NCBI GenBank assembly: GCA_963677925.2
Contig: CAXXYH010000004.1
Location: 416,001-480,000, forward strand
Length of the DNA stretch: 64,000 nt
DNA from: Spirochaetia bacterium
GTDB taxonomy: Bacteria > Spirochaetota > Spirochaetia > UBA9216
Reading direction: 5' to 3'
The notes beneath the pieces are model-generated. The model had not been told where the DNA came from. It did not search any database and saw only the letters and a list, made by a program, of their open reading frames with translations. Positions 57,981 to 64,000 of the stretch are shown piece by piece; the first letter of the stretch is position 1, and each line of letters begins with the position of its first letter. A program made the position numbers and the translations under genes.

Positions 57981-58620
57981 TTCCTTCCAGTTTTATTTCA
58001 TCGGTATCGAGATCAATTACAATCCTTGTTGCAATGTAGGTATCTCCCTTCCAGTATACACGCGGATTTCCGGTAAGTTCAAGGATGTTGGCATCCCTGT
58101 CGTAACCGGCATATTCAGAACGGCAGGTCATTTCCTGATTATCTGCTATTTTCAGTATCCGGACTCCAATCTGCAGGGTTGTGAATTTCTCTTTGCTTTT
58201 TTCTTCTATATAACCGCTTTTGGCAATAAGTTCGTTTTTCCGGTCTTCCATTTCGGAATATCCGCGAACAACAATAACCTCAGTCGTTCTGTTGAATTTG
58301 AGGCTGCTGCAGGTGAGGGTTGTGTCATTTTCCATATCAATTACAACGACATTTCCTGAACATTCAGCAATTTCAAAGTCCTGACCATAAATCTCAATCA
58401 GATCGGCATGAATTTCCTTGCTGTTTGTAATTATTACAGCATTACCGGTCAATGTTGTATGTTCTCTGCCGCTTGCAAGAACAGCTTCAGTATTGTCAGC
58501 CGAGAATGAAAACGTGTCCTTTTCAGTTTCTGCCTCTGTTTCATCTGCGGGATTGTCTTCAGCAAAAGCCGGAGAGAGTATTAAAAATACGGTTAGAAGG
58601 AGTACCCATCTTTTATTCAC
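57946..58620 (-). CDS. lptA: LptA/OstA family protein
   Basis: Signal peptide; repeated LTGNA/CSGNV/LTGNP beta-jellyroll motifs; between lptC and lptB. Confidence 0.82.
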   Translation of the reverse strand: MNKRWVLLLTVFLILSPAFAEDNPADETEAETEKDTFSFSADNTEAVLASGREHTTLTGNAVIITNSKEIHADLIEIYGQDFEIAECSGNVVVIDMENDTTLTCSSLKFNRTTEVIVVRGYSEMEDRKNELIAKSGYIEEKSKEKFTTLQIGVRILKIADNQEMTCRSEYAGYDRDANILELTGNPRVYWKGDTYIATRIVIDLDTDEIKLEGNVSGSITSEKE

Positions 58621-59170
58621 CGTTTACCCACCTTCCGGAGACACCGCTCTCGAATTTAATGGTTCTTGTATTGCTGTCGGCATAAAATCCGGCACCTTCA
58701 ATAGCGCTGCTGTCGTCTTTTACGATCTTTACACTCTCGTCGTTTTTTCCGGTTAGTACCGACTTTTCGTTGTCCCAGAAGAGATAATCTCCCTCAAGGG
58801 TTGCGCTTTCTTCTTTTGAGTAGAAATAGAGCCCTCCCCATATTTCGACATTTTCGGTTTCGGTGAACATCAGGGCGTTTTCGGCTTTTCCATCGGTAAT
58901 TATGTCGCCGTCTTTGTCGTATTCCTGAAAGTGTATGTTTTTGAAGTGGGTTTCCTTTTTCTTGCCGAATGACCAGGACTCGGATGCTTCTATTAAAAAG
59001 GCCGGTGCTGAATCTTTTACCATTACCTGTGTGAATTCTTTCAGGATCGTATCCGGAATATCCTCTTCAATCTCTTCAGCAATCATTGTTTCATCATAAT
59101 TGAAGCGGCATCCGGTAAAGACCAGGAGGCCGTAGAGTAGAAGGAGTGTTATACCTGTCTTTTTCACCAT
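58613..59170 (-). CDS. lptC: LPS export periplasmic protein LptC
   Basis: N-terminal anchor; L.W...V.I...G.GF pattern; synteny. Confidence 0.82.
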   Translation of the reverse strand: MVKKTGITLLLLYGLLVFTGCRFNYDETMIAEEIEEDIPDTILKEFTQVMVKDSAPAFLIEASESWSFGKKKETHFKNIHFQEYDKDGDIITDGKAENALMFTETENVEIWGGLYFYSKEESATLEGDYLFWDNEKSVLTGKNDESVKIVKDDSSAIEGAGFYADSNTRTIKFESGVSGRWVNGE

Positions 59171-59262
59171 TTCTGATGATTATCGAAGAATTAGACAAAA
59201 AGATCAATGATATGGTATTTCTAAAAACTGCAGTTTTTGGAAGTTCGTAATAATTATTTAAG

Positions 59263-59291
59263 TTGACATTGCATTCTTTGATGACTAAACT
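59263..59291 (+). promoter_or_regulatory. sigma70 promoter of cheRB
   Basis: TTGACA-17-TAAACT. Confidence 0.7.
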
Positions 59292-59320
59292 TTAATTATC
59301 GCTTTATAACAGGTGTATGA

Positions 59321-60136
59321 ATGAACCGCTTTCTAAGTGAAAAAGATTTTAATGATTTTAAGACAATGATTTATGATGCCAGCGGCATCTACTTCTCTGA
59401 TTCGAATGCTACTATTCTTGAAAGCCGGCTGAAGGATCGTCTCAGGAAGATGAATCTGGAAACTCCCGGTGAGTATTATCAGTATATAAAGAAGAATGAG
59501 GGAGAACTTAAGGTACTTCTAGATTCAGTTACCACAAATCTTACCAGATTTTTCCGGAATACAGCACATTTTCAGACCTTTGAAAACTATGTAATTCCCG
59601 AACTGGTAGAACATAAAAAAAAATCAGGCTCGAATACAATAAAGCTCTGGAGTGCAGGCTGTTCTACAGGTGAGGAGCCTTATTCTCTCGCAATGGCCTT
59701 CCGGGAAAATCTTCCCCCCGGATTCAAAGCGGAAATAACAGCCTCAGATTTAAGCCTTCAGTCTCTGATGACTGCGAAAGAGGGTTTCTATTCTGATAAT
59801 AAAATGAATGGTGTTCCGGAGAAATACCTTAATAAGTATTTTGAACGTAAAGACGGCGGTTACAAGGTAATTGATGATATTCGAAACAATATTAAATTTG
59901 ATTACCATAACCTGAAATTTGACAGCGGACAGAATGATCTGGATCTCATCTTCTGTAGAAATGTTATTATTTATTTTGATGAAGCAGCCCAGCAGGCAGT
60001 TATTGATAAGTTTTGGAATTCAATGAACAGACATTCCTACCTTTTTATCGGACACTCCGAGTCTCTGTTCGGGATGAAAACAGAATTTGAATTTTTAAAA
60101 ACTGACTGGGCTTGTATTTACAGAAAGTTTAAATAG
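59321..60136 (+). CDS. cheR: Chemotaxis methyltransferase
   Basis: TTNLTRFFR, WSAGCSTGEEPYS, FCRNVIIYF, GHSE. Confidence 0.96.
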   Translation: MNRFLSEKDFNDFKTMIYDASGIYFSDSNATILESRLKDRLRKMNLETPGEYYQYIKKNEGELKVLLDSVTTNLTRFFRNTAHFQTFENYVIPELVEHKKKSGSNTIKLWSAGCSTGEEPYSLAMAFRENLPPGFKAEITASDLSLQSLMTAKEGFYSDNKMNGVPEKYLNKYFERKDGGYKVIDDIRNNIKFDYHNLKFDSGQNDLDLIFCRNVIIYFDEAAQQAVIDKFWNSMNRHSYLFIGHSESLFGMKTEFEFLKTDWACIYRKFK

Positions 60137-60150
60137 GAAGCATCAAAGAT

Positions 60151-61299
60151 ATGTTGAACTCTGATGATATATCCGTGCTGATCTGTGATGATTCAGCACT
60201 CATGCGTAATCTAATCAGCAGAATGATAGAAAATACTGAAGGCCTTACTGTTGCCGGAAAGGCTTTTAACGGCAAATTCGCCCTTGATAAGATTCCCAAG
60301 CTGAATCCTGATATTATTGTTCTTGATCTTGAAATGCCGGAAATGAACGGTATTGAATTCCTGAAAGAAAGAAAACGCCTGAATATTGAGATTCCTGTAG
60401 TGATTCTTTCTTCGGTTGCGAAGAAGGGAGCTGAGGTGACGATGCAGGCGCTTTCTCTGGGTGCTTCAGATTTTATAATGAAGCCGACAGATACAAATAA
60501 TCAGGATCTTCATCAGATTGCCGGTCATATTGTCGATACTCTTATTGCCTACGGATCCCGGTATAAAAAAACAAAGAAAACACCATCCGCAGGCAGTTCT
60601 GTATCCATAAGTACGGGCAGTCCCATGAGATCTTCAACTATCCAGCCTCTGCCAATTAGAACGACTTCTCCTTCAGCTGTAAAAGCCCCGGTTCCACCTG
60701 CTGCAAGGAAAGTGACAGATAAGATTGAGCTTGTTGTAATCGGTATTTCTACCGGCGGACCGAATGCTCTTCGTGAAGTTTTTAAAGAGATCGATCCGAA
60801 ACTTCCGGTTCCGATTCTTGTTGTTCAGCATATGCCTGCCGGTTTTACTGAAGAATTCGCACGCAGTCTTGATAAAATATGTCCGCTTACCGTAAAGGAA
60901 GCCGCGGAAGGAGATGTTATAAGTCCGGGCCGTGTCCTTATAGCTCCTGGATCTGCCCATCTCAAGGTGGACAGGAAGCGTCTGGCCTCTGTTGCTGTTC
61001 TTGAAGATTCTGAACCTGTAAACGGACACCGTCCTTCAGCTGATATTCTTTTTGCTTCGGCAGCGGAAGCATACGGAGGGAATGTTCTTGGTGTTATTAT
61101 GACCGGAATGGGAAAGGACGGTGCAAAAGAACTTGGCACCCTTTACAATAAGGGTGCTGTAACGATTGGTCAGGATGAAGAGTCTTCTATTGTCTACGGA
61201 ATGCCCAGAGTAGCTTTTGAATCTGGATTTGTTGACTATCAGCTGCCACTTGATAAGATTGCCGGGAAGATTTCTGAAATCGTAAACGAAAAACGTTAA
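60151..61299 (+). CDS. cheB: Chemotaxis methylesterase
   Basis: Receiver domain + GISTGG, QHMP, RPSAD, TGMGKDG. Confidence 0.96.
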   Translation: MLNSDDISVLICDDSALMRNLISRMIENTEGLTVAGKAFNGKFALDKIPKLNPDIIVLDLEMPEMNGIEFLKERKRLNIEIPVVILSSVAKKGAEVTMQALSLGASDFIMKPTDTNNQDLHQIAGHIVDTLIAYGSRYKKTKKTPSAGSSVSISTGSPMRSSTIQPLPIRTTSPSAVKAPVPPAARKVTDKIELVVIGISTGGPNALREVFKEIDPKLPVPILVVQHMPAGFTEEFARSLDKICPLTVKEAAEGDVISPGRVLIAPGSAHLKVDRKRLASVAVLEDSEPVNGHRPSADILFASAAEAYGGNVLGVIMTGMGKDGAKELGTLYNKGAVTIGQDEESSIVYGMPRVAFESGFVDYQLPLDKIAGKISEIVNEKR

Positions 61300-61703
61300 T
61301 CAAGTTTGCCGGTGATTACCGGCATAGCCTTCTTTCCTGATAATTTTCCAGTAATAAAAGTTATCCCGAATCCTGCGGCTATTCCTATCAGACCGAAGAG
61401 CACCTTAATACCTTCTGCCGGATTGCTGAATATCTTCCCTGAAAGGAAGAAAAACAGGAAAAACAGAAGAAGCGGAAAGATCATTACCATAAAGGCTGAG
61501 CCTATTGTTTTACCGGTAGGCAGTTCAACTTCTACACGAGAGCCTGGTTCAAGTTCAAAATTATTGCTGTTATGAGCTTCAAATGTCTTTTGTCCAGCAG
61601 TGCATAAACCGCTTGCTGCACATGACTTACAGCCCTCGGTATCGCTGCATGCCAGCGTAATGATGTCATTTTTTATATTAATTACTGTCGCTTTCTCCAG
61701 CAT
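61296..61703 (-). CDS. RseC/MucC (SoxR reducing system) family protein
   Basis: CKSC...C cluster plus two C-terminal TMs; GGAGG SD before ATG 61703. Confidence 0.82.
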   Translation of the reverse strand: MLEKATVINIKNDIITLACSDTEGCKSCAASGLCTAGQKTFEAHNSNNFELEPGSRVEVELPTGKTIGSAFMVMIFPLLLFFLFFFLSGKIFSNPAEGIKVLFGLIGIAAGFGITFITGKLSGKKAMPVITGKLD

Positions 61704-62499
61704 CCGGGACCTCCGCACATTCTTTTCTGATGCTTTTAATCGAAACAGCTTTATGGCTGTCATCAAACTCAATAATTACACCCTGAAGTTCAGGTTTTTT
61801 CCATGCATCTCTCGATCTTTCCGGAACCTGAGTCAGAAACTTCTGAAGTTCAATTTCCTGATCGAGGCCTCCGACAGATTCAAGGCTTCCGGTTCTTCCC
61901 GTGTCGCATATTATCGCAGTTCCGCCGGGAAGGATCTGCTCGTCCGCACTAAGTGCCTTGGTATGCGTTCCTGTTATTGCAGATATTTTGCCGTCCATGT
62001 GATGAAACATGGTGTATTTTTCAGCAGTAGTAGCTGCATGAAAGTCCATAATGACAATGTCAGCATCCTCTTTAAGCCTTGCCGCCAGATCAGGAGCATA
62101 ACTGAAGGGGTTGCTCAGGTGAATCCGGTTGAAACCTGACTGTCCAAGCATTGAAATTACACCGATTCTGGTTTCGCCGGCGGTGTAAATTCTCCATCCG
62201 CGGCCGGGATTTCCCGGTGGATAGTTTGCCGGGCGAAGGATGTATGGGGCTTTTATGATATGCTCAACCATATCCTTTTTGTAATAACCCTTCTCTCCCA
62301 GTGTCTGGCAGTCGATTCCCAGTTTCCGCATATATACAGAGTGATTTTTTCCAAGTCCGAAACCGCCGGTAACACCTTCGGTATTTGCAATAACGAAATC
62401 TATTTTTTCATCTTCCCTGATAACGGGAAGCAGTTTTTTGATGCAGAAGACACCGGCTTTTCCGACGACTTCACCAATGCACAGAACGCGAGTACTCAT
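61678..62499 (-). CDS. YmdB/TIGR00282 metallophosphoesterase family protein (altered metal site)
   Basis: LRPANYP, DFHA.T.AEK, GTHT, ADEQILPGGTA. Confidence 0.88.
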   Translation of the reverse strand: MSTRVLCIGEVVGKAGVFCIKKLLPVIREDEKIDFVIANTEGVTGGFGLGKNHSVYMRKLGIDCQTLGEKGYYKKDMVEHIIKAPYILRPANYPPGNPGRGWRIYTAGETRIGVISMLGQSGFNRIHLSNPFSYAPDLAARLKEDADIVIMDFHAATTAEKYTMFHHMDGKISAITGTHTKALSADEQILPGGTAIICDTGRTGSLESVGGLDQEIELQKFLTQVPERSRDAWKKPELQGVIIEFDDSHKAVSIKSIRKECAEVPDAGESDSN

Positions 62500-62544
62500 A
62501 CCTTTAAGATACAGAAAACCGGGATAAAAGGAAAGAGCGCGGAA

Positions 62545-64000
62545 CTAATCCGCGCAACCTTCTGAACCTGTAACGAATTCGCTGAATTTATCGTTCAGAT
62601 CATTAATTATTGAATCAAGGTCCACTGTTATATTCTGAAGTTCTTCCATTGCCTCAACCACACCTGAAGCCTGTTTGAATATATTATTCATTCCGCCTTC
62701 AACCTCGGTTGAGTTGTCTTTTATCAAAAGAAGCGCCTTGTTCGATGTTTCAATACCGCGATGCATATCGGCAGAGCTTGTGCTGACCTCTCCGGTAACG
62801 TCGTTGATTTGTTCGGTTGACTCCATTATCTGAGTTCCGCCGATAGTCAGTTCAGAGACGGCACTTTCAATTTCCAGGAAGGCATTGACTGTTGATTCCA
62901 CTTCATTTGAGATAGAGTCGAATGTTTTAAGGGTATGACTCATGTTCTCAGAAGTATTTCTAATGCCGCTTGTTATCTCTTTTATAAGTGAACTGATTGA
63001 ACTTGACGACGCTCCTGCTGTTTCGGCCAGTTTTCTGATTTCTTCAGCTACTACTGCGAAACCTCTTCCTGACTCACCGGCATGTGCAGCCTCAATTGCC
63101 GCATTCATTGAAAGCAGGTTAGTCTGGGATGCTATGTTGTTGATGGTCTCGGTCATTTCCTGAATATTTGAGATTTTTTCAACAACAGCAGAGAAGACTG
63201 ATGATGTGTTGTCGATCTGAAGCTTACCTTCTTCTGCAATTTTTTTAAGCGAGCCGGTTGAATCTTTCTTAACACGGGTAATGTTTCCGACGTTATTCAG
63301 TGACGCGATCATCTGGGTTATTGCTGCCGATGATTCTTCCACCAGAGAGCTCTGGTTTGAAATTACCTTGTCAAATGATTCGGTATTTGTTGTAATCTGG
63401 GTCATTGCAGATGCGTTATCATTGATTCTTGTGTTCATCTCGGTAAGCCTGAACTCTACATTACGTATACTTTCATTTATATTCTGAATTGATGCTGCCG
63501 CAGATTCTGTTCGGGTGATGATCTTGTCTTTTATAACATCAGTCTGGGCTACAGCGTTCTGGATTTCAGAAACAAGTTCACACTGTTTTTCCATGAATAT
63601 ATTGAAGTTACGTGCAACATCTCCAACCTCATCCTTACTGTTAATATCAAGCCGTTTTGTAAGATCAGCTTTACCCTCTGCAATGTTTTTTAATGATATA
63701 TTTACTTTCCGCAGAGGTGATATGATTCTGTTTATCAGAAGCGCTGTAATGGTCAGCAGGATAATAAGGGCAATAACTGAAGTAACAATAAACGACGTAA
63801 GAATAGGTTGAAGCCGGTTTTTATACACAGAGGTTGGAACCGCCGCCACCAGGAGCCCTGCCGCTGTTTTTCGAAAAGAAGTGAATATTTCATTTTCCTT
63901 CCATATATAAGTAAAGCTTCCTTCTCCCATCTCAAAGATCTTCATTGCAAAATCAAGGGTGGTCATGTCGTAGCCAATCAGATCTGTATTTACATGGTGT
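62545..64000 (-). CDS. Methyl-accepting chemotaxis protein, 3' part (5' end outside window)
   Basis: Cache-like segment, [40 protein letters not shown]; frame open to window end. Confidence 0.95.
   Translation of the reverse strand, partial: HHVNTDLIGYDMTTLDFAMKIFEMGEGSFTYIWKENEIFTSFRKTAAGLLVAAVPTSVYKNRLQPILTSFIVTSVIALIILLTITALLINRIISPLRKVNISLKNIAEGKADLTKRLDINSKDEVGDVARNFNIFMEKQCELVSEIQNAVAQTDVIKDKIITRTESAAASIQNINESIRNVEFRLTEMNTRINDNASAMTQITTNTESFDKVISNQSSLVEESSAAITQMIASLNNVGNITRVKKDSTGSLKKIAEEGKLQIDNTSSVFSAVVEKISNIQEMTETINNIASQTNLLSMNAAIEAAHAGESGRGFAVVAEEIRKLAETAGASSSSISSLIKEITSGIRNTSENMSHTLKTFDSISNEVESTVNAFLEIESAVSELTIGGTQIMESTEQINDVTGEVSTSSADMHRGIETSNKALLLIKDNSTEVEGGMNNIFKQASGVVEAMEELQNITVDLDSIINDLNDKFSEFVTGSEGCAD

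Noticed and set aside
1-64000. CRISPR array, IS/transposase, integrase, prophage, tRNA/rRNA
   Set aside because: No regularly spaced repeats or such ORFs seen; intergenic gaps are short (largest ~340 nt) and none folds as a cloverleaf by eye

Overview
This is 64 kb of gene-dense core chromosome, most likely from a free-living anaerobic spirochaete. That assignment is inferred from the Msp-like outer-sheath protein, the lptCAB-rpoN-hpf-hprK-ptsH...lexA-holA order, stand-alone cheR-cheB, FprA and FeoAB. It starts inside jag/eloR, so it is probably near oriC. It carries about 57 CDS: methyl cycle (ahcY, metK, two homocysteine methyltransferases), purL/purQ, hisA/hisE, lysA, transporters, signalling, LPS transport, sigma54 and chemotaxis. 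I found no tRNA, rRNA, CRISPR array, transposase or prophage. The most interesting signals are non-coding or cryptic. (1) A six-hairpin ahcY-metK spacer has mutually exclusive anti-SD / anti-anti-SD pairing and is a candidate new SAM-type translational switch. (2) An unannotated ~200-nt RNA gene after uvrC has its own promoter and terminator, two alternative folds and a 10-codon ORF, and sits next to a secreted, apparently catalytically dead EEP-fold protein. (3) There is a probable ACG start codon. (4) DtxR-like boxes lie upstream of feoAB and of a DUF89-lysA operon. (5) Several enzymes have altered catalytic residues, and lexA is translationally coupled to a sigma54 activator. All calls come from reading motifs by eye. 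No database searches or folding programs were run.
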